Shown here piece by piece: positions 8,734 through 17,321 of a DNA stretch of 64,000 bases (positions within the stretch are counted from its first letter, which is position 1; the number at the start of each line of letters is the position of its first letter). The stretch is taken from contig OZ240674.1 of NCBI GenBank assembly GCA_965198795.1, forward strand, positions 1,540,522 to 1,604,521, in the 5' to 3' direction. The stretch is from Rhodospirillales bacterium. Its GTDB lineage: Bacteria > Pseudomonadota > Alphaproteobacteria > Rhodospirillales > Casp-alpha2. A program made the position numbers and the translations under genes. The notes beneath the pieces are model-generated. The model did not search any database and was not told the DNA's origin. It was given only the letters and a program-made list of their open reading frames with translations.

Positions 8734-10446
8734 TCAGCCTTCCTGATACATCCAGGCCCGGATAATCGAGAGGGCTTCTTCCGGGTGTTTTTCGACGATC
8801 TCGCCGACTTTCTTCACGCTGGACGCCTTCACCCGGCCTTCCACGCGGTCGATGTCGATGAGTTCCTCGAACTGTTCTTCTTCCAACTCGGCCGGAGCGG
8901 GCGCGCCCGGTCCGCCCAGGAGGCCGGCGGCGCCCTGATCGGCCAGCAGGCGGCCGGCGGCGTCTTGAGCGGCCGGAATATTTTCGAACGCGCGGCTGAC
9001 CAGAGGGCGAACGACCAGCAGGATGACCAGAATACCCAGGATCGACAGCACCATGATTTCCGCCAGCCGTAGCAGATCGTTCTTGCCCAGCCCGAAGATC
9101 AGCTCCACCGGCTCCTCGAATTCCGGCGCGTCGGCGAATCGCAGATTGATGATATCGATCTGGTCGCCGCGGTTTTCGTCATAACCCACGGCGGTGCTGA
9201 CCAGACTCTCAAGCAGGGCCATTTCTTCCGGAGGGCGCGGCTCATAGGTCGGATTACCCTCCTCGTCGAACCCGGTGACGCCATTGACCAGGACGGCGAC
9301 GTTCAATCGGCGAATTTCACCGCCCGACTTCACTTCGTTGATGATCTTCTGGGAGACCACGAAGTTGGTGGTTTCTTCCGTCCGGTTCTCGTTCGACTGG
9401 GCCGTCGCGCGCTCGCCGCCGACCGGCGCTCCATCGGGCAACGCCTGGCCAATAGTGACGGCGTCAAAGTCGGTTTCGTTTTCACTGGACTGCTGTTCGA
9501 TCGTTTGCGTTGAGCGGACGACCTGGCCTTCCGGGTCGAACTGCGTCTCTTTCGAACTGACGCGGTTAAAATCCATTTCGGCTTGTACCGTGGCGCGGAC
9601 ATTGCCGAAACCGACGGTTTTCTCAAGCAGTTCCTCGATGGTGCGGGCCATGCGAACCTCGAGTTTCCGCTGTTGGGCTTCGTTTTTGGCGGCGATGGCG
9701 CCGAAGTTGGCCTCGTCCTCGAAACCGGGCGACAGGAGCTTGCCCTTGTCATCGATAATGGTGATCCGGCCAGGCGTTAATCCTGGAACGGCGGCGGCGA
9801 CCAAATGTTGGATGGAGGCCGTCTGCTCGCTGTTCAAACGCTTCGAACCCTTCATCTTCAGGACGACGGACGCGCTGGGGGTTTGCTTTTCGCGGCTGAA
9901 AAGTTCGCGTTTCGGCAGCACCAGATGAACACGGGCGCGATGAACGCTCTCAATGGCCTGGATTGTGCGGCTAAGCTCGCCTTCCAGGGCGCGCTGGCGG
10001 TTGACGTTTTGCAAGAAGTTCGTGGTCCCCAGGCTGTCCGCTTCATCGAAAATTTCGAAACCCACATGACCGCCTGCGGGGATACCCTTGTTGGCGAGGG
10101 CAATGCGCAGATCATGGACACGGTCCGAGGGGACGTAGACGGCGGTGCCGTTATTCCGGATTTCCGCGGTTGAGCCTTCCGCCTGGACAGCGGCGACAAT
10201 GGAGTTCGCGTCCGACGGAGCCAGCTCCGAAAACAACAGCGCCTGCGCCGGTTGGCCCAATTTAGTCAAAAGAAAAATAAAGAAGCCCAGCATGGCGAGC
10301 ATGACACCGCCCGTGAGCGCCAGTCTGACCGGCCCCATGGTGCGCATGATCTGTGCGATTGCGTCCACTTGTCTCTCGTTCCCGTTCTTGCGTTGCGGAC
10401 TCCGCTGAAACTGCGGCGGTCCGGGTTCATCCACTCGGCTCCTCAA
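8734..10446 (-). CDS. fliF: Flagellar MS-ring protein FliF (start uncertain; an internal M at 10347 is possible)
   Basis: N-terminal TM helix followed by ..LFSELAPSDANSIVAAVQAEG..VYVPSDRVHDLRIALANKGIP..GFEIFD..LGTTNFLQNVNRQRALEGELSRTI.., a YscJ/FliF ring-building motif. A second TM helix lies near the C-terminus. Confidence 0.9.
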   Translation of the reverse strand: MRSRVDEPGPPQFQRSPQRKNGNERQVDAIAQIMRTMGPVRLALTGGVMLAMLGFFIFLLTKLGQPAQALLFSELAPSDANSIVAAVQAEGSTAEIRNNGTAVYVPSDRVHDLRIALANKGIPAGGHVGFEIFDEADSLGTTNFLQNVNRQRALEGELSRTIQAIESVHRARVHLVLPKRELFSREKQTPSASVVLKMKGSKRLNSEQTASIQHLVAAAVPGLTPGRITIIDDKGKLLSPGFEDEANFGAIAAKNEAQQRKLEVRMARTIEELLEKTVGFGNVRATVQAEMDFNRVSSKETQFDPEGQVVRSTQTIEQQSSENETDFDAVTIGQALPDGAPVGGERATAQSNENRTEETTNFVVSQKIINEVKSGGEIRRLNVAVLVNGVTGFDEEGNPTYEPRPPEEMALLESLVSTAVGYDENRGDQIDIINLRFADAPEFEEPVELIFGLGKNDLLRLAEIMVLSILGILVILLVVRPLVSRAFENIPAAQDAAGRLLADQGAAGLLGGPGAPAPAELEEEQFEELIDIDRVEGRVKASSVKKVGEIVEKHPEEALSIIRAWMYQEG

Positions 10447-10670
10447 ACGGGCGTTTGAGGATGCGTCCCTTCCGGGCCGAGGGTCGAGTGTCGTCCAAAC
10501 CCTCTGAAAACGGGCTTCCGCCAGCCGGAACAGATTAGGAAGAGGCGGTGAACAAGGGGTTAACGGCGGGCAATTTTTGCCGGGTCACGCCGGATACGCT
10601 CTGGGCGGCGGAAAGGGCCGCGAACGATATTGCGCGGCCTTTGTTTGAAATGAAGCCGGGGCGCGGCCGC

Positions 10671-11012
10671 CTAAACGTGCCGGTCCCGGCCATTTCGACG
10701 GGCGTCCACCGCGCGATAAACCTGTGTGCGGGTTGTGTGCAGGCCCTTCATGCCGTGACTGTCGAACAGACGTTCCCAACTGCGGTATTCGTCTTCCGAC
10801 AGGGAATATCGACGGCAGGCGTCTCTCAGGGTCAGAAGATCGGCGCGCACGGCGGCGACGACTTCGGCCTTGCGGCGGGCGACCCAGCGCTTGGTGTCCG
10901 GCGGCGGCAGATCTTCCAGCCGCAAGGCCACGCCAAGCGGACTAATCGCCTCGCCCGATATCGAGCCGCTTCGGGTGTTTCGGTCCTGGTTCAGTCGTTT
11001 CAAGATCGTCAT
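10671..11012 (-). CDS. DUF1153-family small HTH-like protein
   Basis: ..RWVARRKAEVVAAVRADLLTLRDACRRYSLSEDEYRSWERLFDSHGMKGLHTTR.. matches my memory of the alphaproteobacterial DUF1153 pattern (W..RRKAEVV..I..G.L...EA..RY.LS.EEF..W....HG..GLR.TR). Confidence 0.7.
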   Translation of the reverse strand: MTILKRLNQDRNTRSGSISGEAISPLGVALRLEDLPPPDTKRWVARRKAEVVAAVRADLLTLRDACRRYSLSEDEYRSWERLFDSHGMKGLHTTRTQVYRAVDARRNGRDRHV

Positions 11013-11224
11013 CGTTCTACCGTCTCAAGTTCGGCCCGGCTCCTTCGGGGACATAACCGTTCAGTGGTTTCGTCCCGGGCCGAACCCCTCGTAAAATCAC
11101 TCTCCAAGCCTAGCGGCCCGGGTTTAATGAAAAGCTAATCAGCAGGGTTAAAACTCCCTAAATTCCGCCGTTACGGCCTGGTTCGCCGTGATGAAACCGT
11201 CCGCCCCGGTATGTGTGAAAATTC

Positions 11225-11256
11225 GGCTCTGTTGGGGGTGGAAACCCAACAGAGCC
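11225..11256 (-). terminator. Hairpin downstream of flgE (putative intrinsic terminator)
   Basis: Perfect 12-bp stem ggctctgttggg / cccaacagagcc (11225..11236 and 11245..11256) with an 8-nt loop. On the minus strand it is followed by GAATTTTC. Confidence 0.5.
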
Positions 11257-11366
11257 GCAAGTATGGAACGGTGGTTGTGGAACCTTGAATTCTCTATCGC
11301 GCGCGGACCGCGCGCTTGCGCGGACCGCCTGAAAAAGGAAACTCTCAACCGGATGGACCAGACGCA

Positions 11367-14045
11367 TTAACGGATATTGACCAGTTCCTCGAGCAGTTCG
11401 TCAGAGGCGGTAATAACCCGTGTGGCCGCCGAGAAGGCTCGCTGGACGACGATGATTTTGGTGAATTCCTGACCGATATCGACGGTGGACGCCTCGGTCG
11501 AGGACTGGATGATCCGGCCGGCGGGGCCGTTGTTGGCGAACCGCAGCGTCGGGTCGCCAGACGCCTGCGTTGACGTGAAGACGTTGCCGGTTAACGCGTT
11601 CAGTTCGTTCGTGTTGGTGAAGGTGGCGACCGGAATTTGAAAGATCGGCCTCGTTTCACCAGTCGCGAACCGGGCGGTGACAAGCCCGTCCACCCCGATG
11701 GTCACGCCGGAAAATGAGCTAAACTCAGAACCGTCGGCCTGTTGGGAAACCTGTGTAAAGGTGCCGCTGAACTGGACCAAGCCGTTTTGTCCTCCGATGG
11801 TGCCGAAGTCCAGGTCGATCACACGCGTGTTTTCAGGGTCGCCGTCGAAGTTGGCGGCGCCGTTGGTGAGCCCCTCAATCCGGACCTGGTCGACGTTGAA
11901 CGCCGTGGGTATTCCAACCGCGTTGAAGATAATCTCGTTGGTTATGTCCACCACGGTCGGATTGCCCGCGCCGACAGGGATGGTCGAAGAGGGAACATTG
12001 CTGGACACCGTTCGCGGCGCGCCGGCGAAGTTCGAACTGAAGGAGACCTCATAGGGGCCGCTGTCCAGCGCGGACAGGACGAGCGTGTCGTTTGTTATGC
12101 CGGTGTCGGCGTCCTGGTTGGCCGCTCTCAGGCGAACCGTGTTTGAGCCTGCGGCGAATCGCGGATCCTGACCTTCGATCGCGGCCTCCAAATCGGCCAG
12201 AGTTCCGGCAAGATCGCCATTGACAATCGACACTACCAGATCGGCGCCGCTGTCGTCGGCCGCTTCGCCGGTGCCGAAGGTATAGGTGATGTCGTTGATG
12301 GTGATCGTGTCGCCAGTCACCGGTTGCGCCGTAAATTCGAACTGTGTGGTCGGCGCGAAATCGGAGGACACCTGATTCACCGTGAACATCGACCTTTGTT
12401 TTGTCGCCGACACGCCGGCCTCGGTCAACAGGCCGGACGGATCGACGATGATTTCATCCGATCCGTCCTCAACGAACAGAATGGTCGTCGCCGAGGACGG
12501 GGCCTGCCGGATGCGCTGGTTGATCTGGTCATAATCGGAATCGTGCGCGATCACCCTGGCGATCAGGCTGGCCACATCCTGAGCGGCCGTGGTGTTGCCT
12601 GAGACATCGATGATCTGGTTCGTTGCGTTGTTGCGCGAGTCCGTGGTCAAGGCGATCGTTTGCCCCCCCGTCACGGGGGTGCCGGTGGCGAGCAGGTTAA
12701 AGGTGACCGTTTGACCGCCCGTCTGGGGAGTGCCGGTGGCGGTCAAGACGCCGCCGCTGGTCACTCGGACGTTAGCGGTCCCGCCATCTGCGGAGACGCT
12801 GACCACGCTCACGGTCCTGCCGTCGTTCGCATTGCCGAAGCCGGAGAGGGTCAGAACGTCATCGGCGTCCAGGCCCGTGAACGTGCCAGCCGGGGCGCGG
12901 ATCTCGTCGGGGGCGCCGCCAGTGCCCAACACCAGGTCCAGCGTGCTGCCCATCGCAGAGGTGAAGCCCAAGAACCCGCCGCTCCGTTCGACGTCAACGA
13001 ACAAGCCGTTCGGATCGACGTTGGTCACCCTCACGGTCCTGCCGTCGTTCGCATTGCCGAAGTTGGAGAGGGTCAGAATATCACCGACGTTCAGGTCCGA
13101 GAACGTGTCGGCCAGGGCGGTGATCCGGTCGTGGTCGGTGTTGGCGCCGGCGCCCAATTGCAGGTTCAGCGAGTTGGGTCCCGAAGCGGAGAATCTCGAG
13201 AACAAAGACCGGTCGAAGACGTAGGTGACGCCGTCGACGACGACCGATCCGCCATCCGCGGAACGGGTTTTGAATTCCAGCTGACCGGTCGAGGCCGTCG
13301 TGGACGTCACGCCGTTGGTGACGTCCTCGAAAGTCGTCACCGTGGTGCCTTGCCGCGGTTCAAAGCCGAGGCCGAACTGGTTGTCCCGGCCTGTCGCCTC
13401 AAAGAGGAAGCCAATGGAACCGGGGTTGCCCAGGCTGTCGATGATCTGAACGTCGGTCCGGAAAGTATCGCCCGCGTCCGCGTTGGTCGGCAGGTTGGCG
13501 CCGATGGCGATGTTCGTGGTGGCCGTCGCCGTGCCGCCGACCCGCGCCAGATTGATGGTCGTCAGGAAGTCGGTCGAGATGACGTTCACGTTCGGCGTAA
13601 GAATGTCCGTGTTGTTCGGGATGATGTTGCCGAGCGCGTCCGTCGGGAAGCCTTGCAGGTAGAATCCCGCCGTGTTGCGCAGGAAGCCCCGGTTATCCTG
13701 GAAGAACTGACCGGCGCGGGTGAACAGGAAGCTGTCATCCAGGCCCGGAACCGCGGCCTCGTTGACGACGAAGAAACCGCCGCCGGAGATCGCGATGTCG
13801 GTCTGGGACGTGGTGGCCTGCAACAGACCTTGAACGCCCGTGTCGATCCGCGTCGCGCCCTGAACGCCGCCCGCCGAAAACAGCGTCCTGGACGTCTGCT
13901 GGGTGACCAGCGTCTGGAAGTTCACGTCAACGTTTTTATACCCCACCGTGTTGACGTTGACGATATTGTCCGAGAGAGCGCCGAGCGCGCTGGATTGAGC
14001 GGTCAGGCCGGAAACGCCAGAACTCAATGCACCGAAGAGACCCAT
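11367..14045 (-). CDS. flgE: Flagellar hook protein FlgE, oversized (892 aa) with a large central insertion
   Basis: N-terminus MGLFGALSSGVSGLTAQSSALGALSDNIVNVNTVGYK and C-terminus ..STVDIGQEFTKIIVVQRAFSAATRVITASDELLEELVNIR are canonical rod/hook terminal segments. Position is after flgD. Confidence 0.9.
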   Translation of the reverse strand: MGLFGALSSGVSGLTAQSSALGALSDNIVNVNTVGYKNVDVNFQTLVTQQTSRTLFSAGGVQGATRIDTGVQGLLQATTSQTDIAISGGGFFVVNEAAVPGLDDSFLFTRAGQFFQDNRGFLRNTAGFYLQGFPTDALGNIIPNNTDILTPNVNVISTDFLTTINLARVGGTATATTNIAIGANLPTNADAGDTFRTDVQIIDSLGNPGSIGFLFEATGRDNQFGLGFEPRQGTTVTTFEDVTNGVTSTTASTGQLEFKTRSADGGSVVVDGVTYVFDRSLFSRFSASGPNSLNLQLGAGANTDHDRITALADTFSDLNVGDILTLSNFGNANDGRTVRVTNVDPNGLFVDVERSGGFLGFTSAMGSTLDLVLGTGGAPDEIRAPAGTFTGLDADDVLTLSGFGNANDGRTVSVVSVSADGGTANVRVTSGGVLTATGTPQTGGQTVTFNLLATGTPVTGGQTIALTTDSRNNATNQIIDVSGNTTAAQDVASLIARVIAHDSDYDQINQRIRQAPSSATTILFVEDGSDEIIVDPSGLLTEAGVSATKQRSMFTVNQVSSDFAPTTQFEFTAQPVTGDTITINDITYTFGTGEAADDSGADLVVSIVNGDLAGTLADLEAAIEGQDPRFAAGSNTVRLRAANQDADTGITNDTLVLSALDSGPYEVSFSSNFAGAPRTVSSNVPSSTIPVGAGNPTVVDITNEIIFNAVGIPTAFNVDQVRIEGLTNGAANFDGDPENTRVIDLDFGTIGGQNGLVQFSGTFTQVSQQADGSEFSSFSGVTIGVDGLVTARFATGETRPIFQIPVATFTNTNELNALTGNVFTSTQASGDPTLRFANNGPAGRIIQSSTEASTVDIGQEFTKIIVVQRAFSAATRVITASDELLEELVNIR
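12808..13082 (-). repeat. 222-bp (74-aa) tandem duplication inside the flgE insertion
   Basis: A 33-nt identical core ctcacggtcctgccgtcgttcgcattgccgaag at 12808..12840 and 13030..13062, followed after 2 mismatches by ggagagggtcagaa. It encodes LTLS[NG]FGNANDGRTV[RS]V. Confidence 0.9.
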
Positions 14046-14166
14046 CTTTCTATCTCCTTGTTTTGACCGGCGTATTCACCGGCAAATCCTTTAACCAAAG
14101 TTCCAAAACTCGACCGGTTGCAGCCGGCTTATTCGAATTCCGTTGGCTCATAGCCCGTTGGACCGT

Positions 14167-15129
14167 TTATGCCGGGCCGTCGCCGTCCGAAGCCGGCGTT
14201 TCCTCCGAAGCCGATGTTCCTTCCGAAGCGGATGTTCCTTTCGAAGCCGATGTTCCTTCCGAAGCGGATGTTCCTTTCGAAGCCGATGTTCCTTCCGAAG
14301 CGGATGTTCCTTTCGAAGCCGGCGTCCCTTCCGAAGCGGATGTTCCTTTCGAAGCCGGCGTTCCTTCCGAAGCGGATGTTCCTTTCGAAGCCGATGTTCC
14401 TTCCGAAGCGGATGTTCCTTCCGAAGCGGATGTTCCTTTCGAAGGCGTTGTTTCTTCCAAAGCGGGTGTTTTTTCGACCGACAGGAGGTTGGACTGCGGC
14501 GTGCGGACCGTGCCCATGAACAACGTGGTCTCGCCGTCCACAACGCCGGCGCCGGTGACCCGCCCGAAAGCGGATTGGAATACATCCAGCAGCTTGTCAT
14601 CGCGGTCCTTGGCGCTGACCTTGATCTTGTAGCGGCCGTCCGGCTGTTGAACGCCGTTTCTGTTCTGGCCGTCCCAGGTGAAGGCGTGAACGCCCGGTTC
14701 GGTTTCGCCCTCGGCGGTGAAGACCTCAACGCCCTCGCCGTTGGTCACCGAGATGGTGGTCGAAGCCGCGCCGTTCGGAATATTGTAGGTGATCCGGGCC
14801 GACGAGTTCTCCACGTTCACGTCCTGTCCGGCGTATTCGACCGTTGTGCCGATAAAGTCCACCAGGTTGGCGGTTTGCACGCCTTCTTGCAAAGTGATCA
14901 GCGTTTCCAGGTTGGAGTTCTGGAAGATGGCCTGTTCGACCTCGGCGAATTGCACCAATTGCGAGGTAAACTCGTTGGAGTCCATCGGATCCAGCGGGTC
15001 CTGGTTCTGCAACTGTGTCGTCAAAAGGGTCAGGAACCGGCTCAGGTCTTCCTCAAGGCGCTGTTTCGCCTGTGCGGACTGCGACGAACCATCCCCGGTG
15101 GGGGGGGTAATACCGCCTAAGAATGACAT
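14167..15129 (-). CDS. flgD: Hook-cap/assembly protein FlgD with a roughly 95-aa C-terminal Ser/Thr/Ala/Glu/Lys repeat tail
   Basis: ..FLTLLTTQLQNQDPLDPMDSNEFTSQLVQFAEVEQ.. is the FlgD N-domain signature, followed by an Ig-like region (..HAFTWDGQNRNGVQQPDGRYKIKV..). The tail is (GTSAS[EK])n. Confidence 0.8.
   Translation of the reverse strand: MSFLGGITPPTGDGSSQSAQAKQRLEEDLSRFLTLLTTQLQNQDPLDPMDSNEFTSQLVQFAEVEQAIFQNSNLETLITLQEGVQTANLVDFIGTTVEYAGQDVNVENSSARITYNIPNGAASTTISVTNGEGVEVFTAEGETEPGVHAFTWDGQNRNGVQQPDGRYKIKVSAKDRDDKLLDVFQSAFGRVTGAGVVDGETTLFMGTVRTPQSNLLSVEKTPALEETTPSKGTSASEGTSASEGTSASKGTSASEGTPASKGTSASEGTPASKGTSASEGTSASKGTSASEGTSASKGTSASEGTSASEETPASDGDGPA
14186..14483 (-). repeat. 18-bp (36-bp higher-order) in-frame tandem repeat, about 16 units
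   Basis: tccgaagc[cg]gatgttcc[tt] units are repeated head to tail. They encode GTSASE/GTSASK/GTPASK at the 3' end of flgD. Confidence 0.9.
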
Positions 15130-15163
15130 GACCTGTTCGCTCTCTCGTTTCCGTGGTTACCGT

Positions 15164-17074
15164 TTACGCGCGAACATCCACGCGTCCGTTGGTGATGACG
15201 CCCAGCTCATGGGCGGCGACGGCTTCGCCGGCGGAGTCCAGGAAGTCCTCATCGCCCTCATTGCCGCCGCCGGCGATTTCCTGATCTGGCTGGTTATTGT
15301 TTTCGCCTTTGAGGTTATAGTTCAGACCGTCCCTGGCCAAATCGAGGCCGGCGTCCGACAGCGCGCGCTGAAGTTCGGCCGAATCACGGCGCAGAATGTC
15401 CAGCGTTTCCTGACGCTCCGCCGTCACCGTGGCCACCGTGCGCCCTCCATCGACGGTTTGCAGTTTGATCTCCACGCGGCCCAATTCGGCTGGGTTGAGC
15501 TTGATGTTGATCTTGTCGGCGCCAAGCTTGACGGCCTTGGATATTTGCACTTGAACCTGGTCAACGACGGAGCCGCGAGCCGGCTGACGGGTCTGGCTGG
15601 CGAGCGTGGCGCGGAAATCCTGACTGGTCTGCTGCGTCTGGCTGGATGTTCCGGTTTGAGCCGTTTGGGCCTCGCCGCCGCCCGATTGCGCCTGGAAGCC
15701 GCTGGCGCCTGTGTTGTTGGCGCCGGTTTGTATGGTGGTTCTGGCAGCGTCGGCGGTCTGGCTGGCCGCTTGCGACGCCTGCGCGTTGGCCTGACCCTGA
15801 TTTGATTGGCCCTGCACGAACTGACCGCCGTTTTGAAGCACAGCGGCTGCGGCCGCTGCTTGGGCCTGCGGATTTTGCTGAGCGGTCTGCGCGTTGGTCT
15901 GCGCGTTGGTCTGGGCGGCGTCGGCGCCGTCGTCTGCCGCACCCTGGGAAGCCGCCATGACCGCGGCCTGAGCCGTCGCCGTGACCGTCGATGTGTTGGT
16001 CAGGGTGGCGGCTTCGCGGGTCACGGTCACATTGACCGCCAGCGGCCCATTGTTGCCCGCGGCGCTCGCCAGTTGGGCAACCTGCGGCTGAAGGCGTGAC
16101 TCGGCCTGACTCGCGCCGTCCGCAGCGCCTTGAGTAATTGCGTTCTGAACCGCCGCCCTGCTTTGAGCGGCGCGGGCGCTGTTTTCGCCGATGCCGAAGA
16201 CGCCCGCCCGAAGAACCTCGCTGGACGCTTCCTGGCCGCTGCGGGCGGCGGCTTGCGGATCAACGGCGCGAGAGGCGTCGCCAACCCGTCGCGCGGTCGC
16301 GACGCCCGTTGTTTGTTCCTGAAGCGCGGCTGGAATTTGGGCGGCTTGCCCAGCGTCGGCGGCGGGCGCGGTTTGCCCGGCGCCGTCGGCGGGCGCGGTT
16401 TGCTCAACGGCGCCGTCGGCGGGCGCGGTTTGCCCGGCGCCGTCGGCGGACGCGGTTTGCTCAACGCCGTCGGCGGGCGCGGTTTCCGCTACTAACTGGA
16501 GGGCCCTCCGTGGGGCGGTTTCCTGATCCGCGGCGCCTTGTCCCTCAGCCGCTGGGAATGACTCATCAGCGGCGCGGTCCGCGGCATCGTCCCGTTGCGT
16601 ATCGGACCCGCCGTCGCGATCCCGGGCGCCGGCGTTTTCGCCGCGACCGTCATCGCTTGAGCGGTCGCCGCGGTTCGATTCTCCGTCACGCTCGCCGCCG
16701 CCGGCATGGGCGCCGCCACGGTCACCACCGCTGCGGACATCTTCATCACGGCGCGAGGTCTCGCCGGCGCCGCTGGTGTTCCGTTCCCGGCTGTCTGCGC
16801 GGTTATCGTCCTGATTGGCGTCGCCGCCACGGTCGCGGGCCGCCGCGTCGCCGCGGTCATCGCGGAAGTCGTTGGAGGCGTTCGAGGTGACCTCGCCCAC
16901 GACGTCGGCCGCGTTCGGCGCGCTCAAGGAGTTCGCGCCGATGCGGTTGCCCAACTGATCGACGAGATCTTGGAAGGACGCGACCAGGACGGCCTGACTG
17001 GCGAAATCGCCGCGTTTGATAATGGGAGGGAGCTGCTGCGTGGAGCTGGTTTCGTTCACTGAAAGATCGGTCAT
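15164..17074 (-). CDS. fliK: Hook-length control protein FliK
   Basis: C-terminal Flg_hook-type block ..VQVQISKAVKLGADKINIKLNPAELGRVEIKLQTVDGGRTVATVTAERQETLDILRRDSAELQRALSDAGL... The centre is long, low-complexity and Ala/Gln/Asp-rich. Position is upstream of flgD. Confidence 0.8.
   Translation of the reverse strand: MTDLSVNETSSTQQLPPIIKRGDFASQAVLVASFQDLVDQLGNRIGANSLSAPNAADVVGEVTSNASNDFRDDRGDAAARDRGGDANQDDNRADSRERNTSGAGETSRRDEDVRSGGDRGGAHAGGGERDGESNRGDRSSDDGRGENAGARDRDGGSDTQRDDAADRAADESFPAAEGQGAADQETAPRRALQLVAETAPADGVEQTASADGAGQTAPADGAVEQTAPADGAGQTAPAADAGQAAQIPAALQEQTTGVATARRVGDASRAVDPQAAARSGQEASSEVLRAGVFGIGENSARAAQSRAAVQNAITQGAADGASQAESRLQPQVAQLASAAGNNGPLAVNVTVTREAATLTNTSTVTATAQAAVMAASQGAADDGADAAQTNAQTNAQTAQQNPQAQAAAAAAVLQNGGQFVQGQSNQGQANAQASQAASQTADAARTTIQTGANNTGASGFQAQSGGGEAQTAQTGTSSQTQQTSQDFRATLASQTRQPARGSVVDQVQVQISKAVKLGADKINIKLNPAELGRVEIKLQTVDGGRTVATVTAERQETLDILRRDSAELQRALSDAGLDLARDGLNYNLKGENNNQPDQEIAGGGNEGDEDFLDSAGEAVAAHELGVITNGRVDVRA
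16354..16486 (-). repeat. In-frame tandem repeat in fliK (TAPADGAGQ-type units)
   Basis: cgtcggcgggcgcggtttgc(ccgg/tcaacgg)cgc is repeated about 4-5 times. Confidence 0.75.
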
Positions 17075-17170
17075 CTTTCCTCAATCCTCAATCTCGTCAC
17101 GTCCGTTTGCCCCGCCGGCGCCGGGCCTTTGGGACGGTTTATGGGCGGCCTTCTGCTCCGCACTCATCCC

Positions 17171-17186
17171 AGCAAACGGCGCGCCA
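17171..17186 (-). promoter_or_regulatory. Sigma54 (-24/-12) promoter upstream of fliK-flgD-flgE
   Basis: The minus strand reads TGGCGC-GCCGT-TTGCT. GG and GC have the canonical 10-nt spacing, matching TGGCAC-N5-TTGCW at all but one fixed position. It lies about 97 nt upstream of the fliK start, and a sigma54 activator is encoded in the window. Confidence 0.6.
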
Positions 17187-17243
17187 GATCGAAAAATTGG
17201 GCTATCTATTTGATTTAATTAAAAAGGGTGTCGAGCCTGATTG

Positions 17244-17282
17244 TTGCCGGGCGGTGAATGAAATGCCCACCCGGCAATTTTT
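17244..17282 (+). terminator. Intrinsic-terminator-like hairpin plus T5, canonical only on the + strand
   Basis: ttgccggg (17244..17251) pairs with cccggcaa (17270..17277) and is followed by ttttt (17278..17282). It lies between the stop of the minus-strand TPR-GT gene and the fliK promoter. On the minus strand no U-tract follows. Confidence 0.3.
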
Positions 17283-17321
17283 GACCCCCTGGCTGGGTCA
17301 AATTTTCCGCTCAAAGCGGTT

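Noticed and set aside
11124-11162. CtrA-box-like sequences upstream of the DUF1153 gene (TTAA-N7-CTAA at 11124..11138; TTAA-N7-TAAA at 11148..11162)
   Set aside because: Each has only one perfect TTAA half-site, and such near matches are easy to find in any AT-richer spacer. This is not enough to call a CtrA site without comparative or ChIP data.
14046-14166. A possible sigma54 element between flgD and flgE (minus strand TGGTTAAAGGATTTGCC)
   Set aside because: The GG to GC spacing is 11 nt, off by one. flgE is more simply explained as co-transcribed from the fliK promoter.
14186-14483. A regular short repeat array that could superficially resemble a CRISPR
   Set aside because: The units are contiguous 18-mers with no unique spacers, and they lie in frame inside flgD. 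No cas genes or leader are present. The same reasoning applies to the arrays at 896..1030 and 16354..16486.
12660-15120. Long plus-strand ORFs antisense to flgE and flgD (12660..14066, 468 aa; 14143..15120, 325 aa; 14027..14632)
   Set aside because: The minus-strand frames carry unmistakable FlgE and FlgD terminal motifs. The antisense translations are Arg/Gly/Asp-rich with no recognisable motif. Long antisense ORFs are expected at this GC content.
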